Assembly: GCA_964606005.1 (NCBI GenBank)
Contig: CAZSEU010000004.1
Location: forward strand, 1-51,377
DNA from: an uncultured Staphylococcaceae bacterium
GTDB taxonomy: Bacteria > Bacillota_I > Bacilli_A > RFN20 > CAG-826
Direction of reading: 5' to 3'
Length of the DNA stretch: 51,377 nt
A model generated the notes under the pieces. It was given only the letters and a program-made list of their open reading frames with translations. It was not told where the DNA came from and did no database searches. This document shows positions 26,002 to 35,210 of the stretch, in pieces. The position numbers were made by a program, and so were the translations under genes. The stretch's first letter is position 1. Each line of letters begins with the position of its first letter.

Positions 26002-29000
26002 TTAATTGTAATCGCGATAAATCGCATCGATATGTGGACGTTTTTTGCTTTCTACATAAAGGTAATACCCTATTAGGGAAGCGAAAAACATAGTGGTGGA
26101 TACTGCAGTCACTAAATATGAAATACCAAGATAAGGCGTCTCATAATACATAGTGTAGGAAATATCGCCCACCGGTGCGACAAATGAAACAAAGCCGCCA
26201 TTGCCTTTGATGACATCGATATCAACGGGTTGGCCAGTAACATTATCAAAAGCCTTTATTTTCCAACCGACATCGTAAGCTGTATGAGAAACAACCAATT
26301 TGTTACTCGTATAGTTGGTTTTGAAGGTGAATTTATCAGATTGATATTTCACATCTTCTACAGGATAAGCATTTTTTGCTGAGCGACGTGCTTCATAGTC
26401 TGCACCGTCTTCGTTATAAAGAAGTAAAGTCGAACTTCCCAAATAACTTTGATAGTATTTACCAACAACTGCAATTTTGTAAACGTCTTTGCGTGGGTAG
26501 AAACCGCGCATATAAGAAGTATTGTCTGACGTATCGTCATCGTGGGCGTCAAACATGAAAATTTTGTCATTCTCATCAAGGAAATAGAAATCATATTTCT
26601 GAGAGCCTGTAAAAGGAGCTTTGACATAGAAAGCCGAATTCGCGGTAATGAGTGGTTGATCTAAAGTTCTAGATTCCCAAAATACCCAGAAATCCATCGC
26701 TCGATTATTATCGAAAGTTGTCGGAGTAAAAATGTTAGGAATGTTAGGAATATCCTTAAACTCATAATATTTAGCCTCAGAAACTAAACTTGAAACATCA
26801 TAGAAATATTGGCCGTAATCAACATTAACCGCTAATTGTTTGATTGAAGTGTTTTGTGGTTCGGCATCTAATAATGTGATATTTGGATATTGTTGAGCGA
26901 TGTTTAAGCCTTCTTCTTCATCAACAAAAGCAATCTCGGACAAAGTGACAGCGTTTTTGACTACATCAACTTCGCCGCGATTATAATTAGAAATTTTGCC
27001 GTTATAGATGGTGTCATAGGCGTAACCAAAGCCATTCATTATTGGGTTTTCATAAACAAAGAATTCATCATTACCTAAGTCATTTCTTCTGACAAAATCA
27101 AACGGCACGTTCGCCGTAAATTCACCTGGATTGTTTGCTTCAATTTGTGCATAACGACTCTTTTCTGGCGCAATGACATAATATTTAATGCCTAGTAAAT
27201 TATCCAAGTCTTGGTATTTGCCGCGATAAGAACCAGCAACTGATTTTCTATCGCTTCTCATACCCATCCATAGCGAAAAATCATCAATTTCAAAATTATA
27301 AAGTGAATGGAAGAAGTTTGGTGAGTTATAGCCACCAATGAAACTGTTGTTAATACTCCAAGCATCGTTTAATGATGTGAACATCCGATAAAAGGAAGGG
27401 TCATTACTTTGAATAGAACTGACCACCTGCCTTAATCTTTCATTTTTTGCATAGCCATTGTTATAAGTAGTATCCCAACCATGTCCCAATGTAACAAAGT
27501 TACCCATACAAACAGCTTCTGCTGCGATGAAAATAAACATCATGTTGTGGAAAAACTTTTTGTTATATAAAAACATGAGTAAAAAATAAACAACGGTGAC
27601 ATAAATTAATTCTATCGAAAAAGCGATATTGGTAAACTCGATATCACCTTCTTGGAAACGATAAATAAAATCGTTATAAGTTAAGTTTTCAGTTTTGGCT
27701 AATTTGTTGGTAAGTATCCAAGCAGTCACAATGCCCACGACCGCGAACAAAAAGCCAACGTGCATATGCCATTTAGCGACATTAGGAATCTTGTCGATAT
27801 AAATGCCGACATAGGCGATTAAAGAAGTAGCGATAAATAATGTCCACCTAGCATAGGCATTAGTGAAACCCATAGTTAAGAAATACATCACAGGGGTAAA
27901 TAAAGTCAGCACCAATAGAGCAAAACCGACATACGCGGACCATTTCTTTTCTTTGCCAGATTGAATTAATGCCGGCACTAAAAACATGATAAATGGTACA
28001 TAAACCCATAATGAAACGGCGATATCGTCAAAGTCCCAACCATAAATTTCTAGCGTTGGCAAAGAACGGCAAGTAGTGGCTGGGAAGAAAAATTCCAAAA
28101 TTGGATACAAGTGGCGCACTTTCCAAATACGACCGTGTTGATCAGGTGCGCTGCCCCAAGAGAAGAGCAACTTAAAGAATTCACCATATTTCTTATCAAC
28201 CAAATAGTTCTTTAATTCGCCAATATATGAGTAATTGTCTAGTTTTGGCGAAGTAAGGGTGGCCATAAAAGCGGGTGCAAAAACAAACAAGCCCATGCAC
28301 ATACCAAGCGCAAAGCCTAGCACGCCCCAACCGAGCATTCTAAGATTCGTTTTGGCATTATTTAATGGGACACGTTGGAAAAAACGAAAAACGGCGTAGA
28401 AGAAGGCGCAAATGATGTAAGGAACCATCAATACGTAGTTACATATAGCTAGGAAACAAACGCCTACCGCTAATATCCATGGTTTTTCTTCTTGTAATAC
28501 TTTTTCAATGCCTAGTAAAACGATTGGAAAGAACACCAAAATGTCTTGATAGTTGTTATACCATAAGTAAAAAGCACCCCAGCCAGCAAAAGCATAAGCC
28601 GCACCGCATATTTGAGCGACGTTTTCTTTTACTTTGAATGCTTGGCGCATGTATAAGGAGAAAAATAAACCCGCACAGGCTATCTTAATCATCGAGGCAA
28701 TAGCTACAGATTGCGGAACCATTACGCGAGGTAAAAGTACGATAATAATATTAAACGGAGAGAACAAACCATAATAAGCGTTAGAACCAAATGAGTTTGC
28801 TCCCAAATATAGTTCGGTATCAAATAAAGTAAAATGGCCAGTTTGTATCCATTCATGATAGTAGTCCCAGATGTGATAACCCATTGGAATATATTGCGCG
28901 CTATAGTCACCACCATATGCCAAAGAGAAGCCGTTTTCGACAAGCATGATCATATAAAAGCCAATGCTGATGGCGAGCAGGATAAAAAAGTAATAAACGG

Positions 29001-29100
29001 TATCCGAAATTTTATAGTTTTTCACCCTCTTAAATAACTGTTTAATTTTGTCGTTAATTGAAGGTTTTTTTTGTTGATCTTTTTCAAATAATATTTCCAT
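26002..29100 (-). CDS. YfhO-family (GT-C type) integral membrane glycosyltransferase-like protein
   Basis: 1032 aa. The N-terminal ~560 aa hold many TM helices. A ~430-aa hydrophilic domain follows, then a final C-terminal TM (YLVTAVSTTMFFASLIGYYLYV). The architecture and N-terminal sequence resemble Bacillus YfhO. The assignment is from memory. Confidence 0.65.
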   Translation of the reverse strand: MEILFEKDQQKKPSINDKIKQLFKRVKNYKISDTVYYFFILLAISIGFYMIMLVENGFSLAYGGDYSAQYIPMGYHIWDYYHEWIQTGHFTLFDTELYLGANSFGSNAYYGLFSPFNIIIVLLPRVMVPQSVAIASMIKIACAGLFFSLYMRQAFKVKENVAQICGAAYAFAGWGAFYLWYNNYQDILVFFPIVLLGIEKVLQEEKPWILAVGVCFLAICNYVLMVPYIICAFFYAVFRFFQRVPLNNAKTNLRMLGWGVLGFALGMCMGLFVFAPAFMATLTSPKLDNYSYIGELKNYLVDKKYGEFFKLLFSWGSAPDQHGRIWKVRHLYPILEFFFPATTCRSLPTLEIYGWDFDDIAVSLWVYVPFIMFLVPALIQSGKEKKWSAYVGFALLVLTLFTPVMYFLTMGFTNAYARWTLFIATSLIAYVGIYIDKIPNVAKWHMHVGFLFAVVGIVTAWILTNKLAKTENLTYNDFIYRFQEGDIEFTNIAFSIELIYVTVVYFLLMFLYNKKFFHNMMFIFIAAEAVCMGNFVTLGHGWDTTYNNGYAKNERLRQVVSSIQSNDPSFYRMFTSLNDAWSINNSFIGGYNSPNFFHSLYNFEIDDFSLWMGMRSDRKSVAGSYRGKYQDLDNLLGIKYYVIAPEKSRYAQIEANNPGEFTANVPFDFVRRNDLGNDEFFVYENPIMNGFGYAYDTIYNGKISNYNRGEVDVVKNAVTLSEIAFVDEEEGLNIAQQYPNITLLDAEPQNTSIKQLAVNVDYGQYFYDVSSLVSEAKYYEFKDIPNIPNIFTPTTFDNNRAMDFWVFWESRTLDQPLITANSAFYVKAPFTGSQKYDFYFLDENDKIFMFDAHDDDTSDNTSYMRGFYPRKDVYKIAVVGKYYQSYLGSSTLLLYNEDGADYEARRSAKNAYPVEDVKYQSDKFTFKTNYTSNKLVVSHTAYDVGWKIKAFDNVTGQPVDIDVIKGNGGFVSFVAPVGDISYTMYYETPYLGISYLVTAVSTTMFFASLIGYYLYVESKKRPHIDAIYRDYN

Positions 29101-29120
29101 AAATTACCCCAATAAATGCG

Positions 29121-29963
29121 CTAAAATAATACTAATTTTTTGACATAATTTTTATTTAAAGAAAATTGTTCCGCAGTGACATTAATTGCGTCTTTCTTAG
29201 ACAGTCCTAAGGACATTAAATAATTAACGCGTTTAATAATTTTATCGTCATCAATTATTATTTCATTTTTATTGCCTTCGATTAATAAGACAATTTCCCC
29301 CCTAATTGTTGCGTAATCTATTTCAACAATTTCTTCTAAATATCCGCGAATATACTCTTCATTAATTTTCGTTAATTCGCGAGCCAAACAAATCCGTCTA
29401 TTTCCAATATTTTCGAGCAACAGTTTTAAAGTGCGGCCAATTCGGTGTGGTGCTTCGTATAAAATAACCGTATATGGTAAATTCTTGAAACTTGAAATTT
29501 CATCCACGGCCTCGCTATCTTTTGCGGACAAAAATCCGTAGAAAAAGAAATGGTCGGTGTCTAATCCGGAGGCGACAAGTGCGTTTAATAATGCTGAACT
29601 ACCAGACACTGTTGAAACCGGAATATCATTAGCGATAACTTCTTTGACCAACAAACAACCAGGATCACTAATGCCGGGATATCCAGCATCAGACATATAA
29701 GCTACTTTCTTACCGTTTTTTAGAAGTTCAACAATATGTCTGCTTCCTTCTTTTTCATTATGTTCCCTTAAAGAATAGAGCTCTTTTTTAACACCGAAAT
29801 GGTTAAGCAAAAAACCAGCATTACGTGTATCTTCAGCAGCTACAATATCAACTTGAGATAAAACATCTAAAGCGCGAGATGAAAATTCCTGTAAGTTACC
29901 GATTGGGGTAGCAATCAGGTATAGGAGTGGACCATCAGCACGAAAAGATTTATTTCTTGTCAT
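29121..29963 (-). CDS. rsmI: 16S rRNA (cytidine1402-2'-O)-methyltransferase
   Basis: 280 aa with the N-terminal LYLIATPIGNLQEFSSRALDVL and tetrapyrrole-methylase-fold blocks. It occupies the conserved position after ricT. Confidence 0.88.
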   Translation of the reverse strand: MTRNKSFRADGPLLYLIATPIGNLQEFSSRALDVLSQVDIVAAEDTRNAGFLLNHFGVKKELYSLREHNEKEGSRHIVELLKNGKKVAYMSDAGYPGISDPGCLLVKEVIANDIPVSTVSGSSALLNALVASGLDTDHFFFYGFLSAKDSEAVDEISSFKNLPYTVILYEAPHRIGRTLKLLLENIGNRRICLARELTKINEEYIRGYLEEIVEIDYATIRGEIVLLIEGNKNEIIIDDDKIIKRVNYLMSLGLSKKDAINVTAEQFSLNKNYVKKLVLF

Positions 29964-30834
29964 TTTTCTTATCTTGGCGTTTGGTGAAATTAGTCTGTTT
30001 CATAAACTCTTCTAATGATAAGAACTTCACCGCATCATCGCTTTCGATTTTAATTGTGCGCGATAGAATATTGGTGCCGGTGACGGTGTAACTGATTTTG
30101 TCGATAAAGAAGCGCAAACCTAATTCAGGGAATGCTTTTTTCTCTTCAGTATAAGCATCGTCTTCATATTTTAAGCAACAGATTAATTTGCCGCATTGCC
30201 CACTTAATTTTGGAATATTAATGGCTAACATTTGGTTTTTCGCACGGTTGATTGAAATGCCGTCAAACTCATTTAAGAAAGTCGAACAGCAAAGTGTTAA
30301 GCCACAAACACCGAGACCACCAATCATCTTGGCTTTATCTCTTGCGCCAATTTGTCTAAGTTCAATACGTGTGTGAAGTTTGCCCGCCAAGACTTTTAGT
30401 AATTCACGGAAGTCAACACGGTCATCGGCAAGATAAGAAAATAGTACTTTTGATTTGTCTAAAGTATATTCACAGGAAATAAGGTTCATGTTCAAATTAA
30501 GTTTTTTAACCTCAGCTTGACAAATGGTCATGGCAAACGCGGCATCTTTTTGGTTAATTTCATCTAACTTGATGTCGACATCTGTTGCCTTGCGAATAAT
30601 TGGTTTTAAATATAAACCAGTACTATATTTTTCAATGGTAATTGGTTCAATGGCGATAGTGCCGAGTTCCAAACCCCTAACGGTTTCAACGACGACGAAT
30701 TCACCAAGTTTATAATCATCACTTTGTGTGCCAAAAAAATAGGAGCGCGGTGTGCTACTAAATTTCACGCCGACAAAGTGCGTATATTCGTTTGGAATTT
30801 GATTTGCTGTATTGTTATCTTGTATTTCAGGCAT
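29950..30834 (-). CDS. ricT: PSP1-domain protein RicT/YaaT
   Basis: 294 aa with a PSP1 C-terminal domain containing the Cys cluster GVCGLTLCCSTFL ... QCGKLICCLKYE. It overlaps rsmI by 14 nt. Confidence 0.85.
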   Translation of the reverse strand: MPEIQDNNTANQIPNEYTHFVGVKFSSTPRSYFFGTQSDDYKLGEFVVVETVRGLELGTIAIEPITIEKYSTGLYLKPIIRKATDVDIKLDEINQKDAAFAMTICQAEVKKLNLNMNLISCEYTLDKSKVLFSYLADDRVDFRELLKVLAGKLHTRIELRQIGARDKAKMIGGLGVCGLTLCCSTFLNEFDGISINRAKNQMLAINIPKLSGQCGKLICCLKYEDDAYTEEKKAFPELGLRFFIDKISYTVTGTNILSRTIKIESDDAVKFLSLEEFMKQTNFTKRQDKKNDKK

Positions 30835-30836
30835 AA

Positions 30837-31832
30837 TTAGTCCTCTTTTTTGATTGTGTAAAAGATGTGATCGATTAATAAGGCAATGTTTACATTGGTG
30901 TTAACTGCAGTCGAACATTTTAACAACTCAATCAAACTTTCATCTAAATGATAAAGTTTGTTAACGAGATGATGTAATATTGTAGCATAAGTTTGTAGAA
31001 AAGGTGGCTTATCATTTTTAATAGCTATTAAATCTTCAAATGCCACAATTAACATATTGATAAAATAACGGGCTGTTTCTTTGTTTTTAATTTGATTAGT
31101 TACTTGGCTTTGAGCAAAATAGGTCAAATCATCATTTGAACCACTAGCAATAACTTCCATCGTTGCTTCAAAACAAGCTTTCGCTGTTATGAAAGCAGAG
31201 TTTTCGTCAGGATTATCAAGAATGTCTTTGATTAGTTCACCGTCATTATAAAAACAAGCTAGTAATTCAGCATCCTTTTCGTTAACACCAAGACCAATGG
31301 CCTCGTTCATCACAATAGTGCGATCAATTTGTTTGAGATGTAAGACTTGGCAGCGGGAAATAATCGTTGTAAGAACACTGTTTTCATTATTAGTGGTCAA
31401 AAAAGCATAAATTTGTTTTCCAGGCTCTTCAAGAATTTTTAAAATGCTATTGATAGCTTCTGCTGTCATGTTTTCCACTAGGTGCAAAATGTATATACGG
31501 ATGCCCTTATTTTCAAATGCTTCCTTATCGAATGCCGATTCAATCGCGGTGACGGCTTCTTTTTTAATTGTGGCTTTACTACCATCAAAAAGTAAAAAAT
31601 CTGGATAGTTATCGTCTTCTACTCTTAAACAAGAGATACATTTGCCGCAAGCTAAAGGATTAGGATTATCGCAAAGAATTGATTTTCCAAAGTATTTGGC
31701 TACTTCTAATAGCGGCGCACCATTATGGCCGACAATCAAATATGCGTGATTCAAACGACTCATTGTTAAAGAATTAACAAAAGTTTGATAAATCACTGGT
31801 TGATAATTTTTTAAATAGTTTTCTACTCTCAT
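30837..31832 (-). CDS. holB: DNA polymerase III delta-prime subunit
   Basis: 331 aa. It has an AAA+-like N-terminal domain with the zinc module CGKCISCLRV and the SRC motif (ISRCQVL). Its start overlaps the tmk stop. Confidence 0.8.
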   Translation of the reverse strand: MRVENYLKNYQPVIYQTFVNSLTMSRLNHAYLIVGHNGAPLLEVAKYFGKSILCDNPNPLACGKCISCLRVEDDNYPDFLLFDGSKATIKKEAVTAIESAFDKEAFENKGIRIYILHLVENMTAEAINSILKILEEPGKQIYAFLTTNNENSVLTTIISRCQVLHLKQIDRTIVMNEAIGLGVNEKDAELLACFYNDGELIKDILDNPDENSAFITAKACFEATMEVIASGSNDDLTYFAQSQVTNQIKNKETARYFINMLIVAFEDLIAIKNDKPPFLQTYATILHHLVNKLYHLDESLIELLKCSTAVNTNVNIALLIDHIFYTIKKED

Positions 31833-32443
31833 AACCTGGTAAGTATGGCATTCAAGGTGGCTTCCGCTACTGCCTGACGGTCTTTGGAAGCGTCAATAAT
31901 GACATAACGCTCAGGATAGCGTTTGGCTAAGTCCAAGAATGTGCTTCTTACCATTCTATGGAACTCTAATTTCTCTAAATCTAAACGATTGACTTCGCGA
32001 TTGGCATTAGCCTGGATGCGCGCTAAACCGATTTCTGGGTCGAGATCAAACAAAAGAGTCAAGTCAGGAAAAGTGCCTTCAGTAGCAAATAAATTAACAT
32101 TTAATACATTATCAATTCCAAGCTCTCTAGCGCCACCTTGATAGGCTAAAGATGAATCTAAATAACGATCACAAACAACTATTTTGCCTTCTTTTAATGC
32201 TGGCCAAATCTTTTCGACGAGATGTTGTCTTCTAGAAGCAGCATAAAGAAGTGCTTCGGTTCTTTTATCCATCGCGATATTACTCTTATCAAGGATAACA
32301 TTGCGAATTTGCTCGGCTATTGGGGTACCACCAGGCTCACGAGTGCGGACAATTTGATAGTTCATTTCTAATAACTTATTAACTGCGTAATCAACAGCAG
32401 TAGTTTTGCCAGAACCTTCTGGACCTTCGATTGTTATAAACAT
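31829..32443 (-). CDS. tmk: Thymidylate kinase
   Basis: 204 aa with the P-loop EGPEGSGKTT, the DRY motif (CDRYLDSSLAYQG) and a lid region. Confidence 0.92.
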   Translation of the reverse strand: MFITIEGPEGSGKTTAVDYAVNKLLEMNYQIVRTREPGGTPIAEQIRNVILDKSNIAMDKRTEALLYAASRRQHLVEKIWPALKEGKIVVCDRYLDSSLAYQGGARELGIDNVLNVNLFATEGTFPDLTLLFDLDPEIGLARIQANANREVNRLDLEKLEFHRMVRSTFLDLAKRYPERYVIIDASKDRQAVAEATLNAILTRL

Positions 32444-32458
32444 TTTTTTGTCCTCACT

Positions 32459-33055
32459 TTATAATTTTCTACGTCCTTCGACGGCTTTGGATAAAGTCAA
32501 TGCGTCAGTATAATCAAGATTGCCACCCATCGGTAGACCATAAGCTAAACGAGTAACCGCCTCGACTTTATCAGCAATCATTTTCGCTACATATAAAGCA
32601 GTCGTTTCGCCTTCGATGGTTGGTTGGGTGGCGATAATCACTTCTTTATAGTGGTGTGCGTCTAAACGCTTGAGCAAAGAATCAATATTTAGGTCGTTAA
32701 CGCTGACACCTTTACTTAAAGAAATAACACCATTTAATACATGGTATGCACCATGATATGATTCGGCATTTTCAAAAGCGATGACATCTTTTGGAAAAGA
32801 AACAATCATTAAGGTACTTGTATCGCGTTCATGATCAGAACATATAACACATTGTTCGGTTTCAGTTAAAAATCCACAGGTTGGACATACTTTAATGGAG
32901 TTTTTTAGGTTACTAATGGCTTCAGCAAATTCATTTAAATCTTCATCATCCATGTTTAACATAGCGTAGGCCATTCTTTCGGCACTGCGCTTGCCAACGC
33001 TAGGCAATTTTGCTAGCGATTCCTCTAACCTTACTAACGCTTTAAGTTTTTCCAT
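32459..33055 (-). CDS. recR: Recombination protein RecR
   Basis: 198 aa with an HhH region, the C4 zinc finger CPTCGFLTETEQCVIC and a Toprim domain. Confidence 0.93.
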   Translation of the reverse strand: MEKLKALVRLEESLAKLPSVGKRSAERMAYAMLNMDDEDLNEFAEAISNLKNSIKVCPTCGFLTETEQCVICSDHERDTSTLMIVSFPKDVIAFENAESYHGAYHVLNGVISLSKGVSVNDLNIDSLLKRLDAHHYKEVIIATQPTIEGETTALYVAKMIADKVEAVTRLAYGLPMGGNLDYTDALTLSKAVEGRRKL

Positions 33056-33357
33056 TAAAAGCCCAAACCTCCCGCTTTACCGGTGATGCGTTCATTAATC
33101 GCTTCTTCCTCTGCTTGAACTTGTGAAAGGGCTTCATTAATCGCTAAAGCAATTAATTCTTCAATCATCTCTTTGTTTTCAGCATCAAAAGCATCTTTAT
33201 CGACACTGACTGATTTAACAGTTTTGTTACCTAAAACAGTTACAGTAACAGCGCCGCTTTTGTTGACTATAAATTCTTTTTCAGTAAGCTCGCCCAAAGC
33301 TTTCTTTAATTCTCTTTGCATCTTTTGGGCTTGTAGCATCATTTGTTGGATGTTCAT
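33055..33357 (-). CDS. ybaB: Nucleoid-associated protein YbaB/EbfC
   Basis: 100 aa with MNIQQMMLQAQKMQRELKK ... GAVTVTVLG, typical of the family. It lies between dnaX and recR. Confidence 0.9.
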   Translation of the reverse strand: MNIQQMMLQAQKMQRELKKALGELTEKEFIVNKSGAVTVTVLGNKTVKSVSVDKDAFDAENKEMIEELIALAINEALSQVQAEEEAINERITGKAGGLGF

Positions 33358-33363
33358 GTTTAC

Positions 33364-35079
33364 TTATTCTCCTTCGTATTCAATTTTTACATCGATTACT
33401 TTTGGTAATCTATTGACTTGAAGTCTATTCATGTAATTTTGTTGTAGTCTGACTGATTCTTTTCGCGAAACAGCGTAGACAAACATCTTATTATTAAAGA
33501 TTGTTTGGATAACGTTTTGCATATCCTCTTGATTAGCAATAAGATTAGCTTTTTCAGCAATGTTTTGGAATTGATATTCTATTACCAACACCTTAGTTGA
33601 GGCCACTAATGGACGACCATCAATTAATGTAGTCGCGGCCTTGCCGAGCGTTGGGTGAGTGATAAGTTTTTTGATGTTGGACCAGTTTTCGATTAATTGG
33701 TTTTTGATTTCTTTTTTTGCAGTGACCATGACATCAATCATTAACTCATCATCTATATAAAACGAATCTCCCTTTACAGCACCTTTGAGTGATATCACGT
33801 TCTTAGATAAAACGATTTGTGATTCCTCAAGTTCGGGTTGCTCAAATAGTGAAATTGTTTCTTCCACTTTCGGTGTCTCTACTTTTCCTACCTCGGGTTT
33901 GACAACTTCCGGTTGTGGTTTGGTTGTTTCTGGAAGTGGCGCAAAGATGGGTGTAGGTTCATCATCTTCAATTGGTGTCTCTATTTGCTTAATTTCTCCG
34001 CCTTTTCTTTTAGCGACAAGTTTTAAGATGGTAACTTGAAATAATGGCACGATAGAAGGAACGACTTTGTAGTTTTTTTGTGCATCCATTATGACATCAA
34101 TCATGTCCATTGTTTCATCTAAACTTAAGTTTTTAAGAAATGCTTTTGCTTCTTGTTCATTAAGTGTTTCTAAACAATTGCTCATCCTTGAAGATTGGTA
34201 GATTAATATATCTTTTAATATAATTAACAAGTCATCAGTTAGACGCTTAATGTCGGTTCCTAATGAGACATAATGATTAATTCTTTCCAAGACATTAGCA
34301 ACATCTTTATTAATGATCGCATTTAATAAAGCAATTTTTTCTTCCTTAGATTCCAAAGCAAAAATGTCGAGAATATCTTTTACTTCTAAACGATTATTTG
34401 AATAGGCAAGCACTTGATCGAGCATAGATAAAGCATCGCGCATACCACCGTCTGCTAATGAAACAATAATTTTGACAGCTTCTTCGCTATAGGCGACATC
34501 TTCACGCATTAAAACTTCTTTTAATCGTCCTTGGATATCTGCATCACTTAACTTGTTAAAGTCATATCTTTGGCATCTTGATAAAATTGTTGGCAAAATT
34601 TTGTGTGGTTCGGTGGTTGCTAGTATGAAAATAACATGTTCCGGTGGTTCTTCTAATGTTTTAAGTAAAGCATTAAAAGCTCCGGTCGAAAGCATGTGGA
34701 CCTCGTCTATTATATATACTTTGTATCGGCCCAAAATAGTGCCGTATTTGACTTTGTCAATTAGTTCTCTAATTTCATCTACGCCATTATTGGAAGCAGC
34801 GTCCAGTTCGAGAACATCTGGATGTGAACCATCATTGATGGCGCGGCAGTTTTTACATTCGTTACAAATGTGACCAAAGCCTTCATCGCAGTTCATTGCT
34901 TTGGCTAAAATCTTTGCCATACTGGTTTTACCAGTACCTCTTGGGCCAGCAAATAAATAAGCATGCGCCAGTTTATTAGTCGCTAAAGCATTTTTCAAAG
35001 TTTTGACGATATGTTCTTGACCGGCAACTTCGTCAAAATTGCTCGGACGATATGTTCGATATAATGCTTTATAAGCCAC
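33364..35079 (-). CDS. dnaX: DNA polymerase III subunit gamma/tau
   Basis: It has the Walker A GPRGTGKTS, the zinc module CNECKNCRAI, DEVHML and SRCQRY. The start is placed at GTG 35079 (MAYKALYRTYRP), with AGGGTGA 5 nt upstream, rather than the ORF-track GTG at 35088. Confidence 0.9.
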   Translation of the reverse strand: MAYKALYRTYRPSNFDEVAGQEHIVKTLKNALATNKLAHAYLFAGPRGTGKTSMAKILAKAMNCDEGFGHICNECKNCRAINDGSHPDVLELDAASNNGVDEIRELIDKVKYGTILGRYKVYIIDEVHMLSTGAFNALLKTLEEPPEHVIFILATTEPHKILPTILSRCQRYDFNKLSDADIQGRLKEVLMREDVAYSEEAVKIIVSLADGGMRDALSMLDQVLAYSNNRLEVKDILDIFALESKEEKIALLNAIINKDVANVLERINHYVSLGTDIKRLTDDLLIILKDILIYQSSRMSNCLETLNEQEAKAFLKNLSLDETMDMIDVIMDAQKNYKVVPSIVPLFQVTILKLVAKRKGGEIKQIETPIEDDEPTPIFAPLPETTKPQPEVVKPEVGKVETPKVEETISLFEQPELEESQIVLSKNVISLKGAVKGDSFYIDDELMIDVMVTAKKEIKNQLIENWSNIKKLITHPTLGKAATTLIDGRPLVASTKVLVIEYQFQNIAEKANLIANQEDMQNVIQTIFNNKMFVYAVSRKESVRLQQNYMNRLQVNRLPKVIDVKIEYEGE

Positions 35080-35210
35080 AAAAATCACCCTAATAAAGTA
35101 TACTACAAAAGATAGAAATGGTGAAACCTTAATATTCTATTAATGCAAATATTTCTCTCTTTTTATGAAAAGTCATGTATGCTACAATACTTAAGGTTAG
35201 AGGGACTATT

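Noticed and set aside
33705-33725. A-run (GCA AAA AAA GAA on the minus strand) in dnaX as a possible gamma/tau -1 frameshift site
   Set aside because: It lies near codon ~455 of 571, far into the C-terminal region. There is no downstream stem-loop or nearby -1 frame stop of the E. coli type. A-runs are common in this AT-rich genome.
35175-35210. 12-codon N-terminal extension of prfA in the ORF track
   Set aside because: The SD AGAGGGA is positioned for ATG 35211. A TACAAT -10-like box (35183-35188) lies within the extension.
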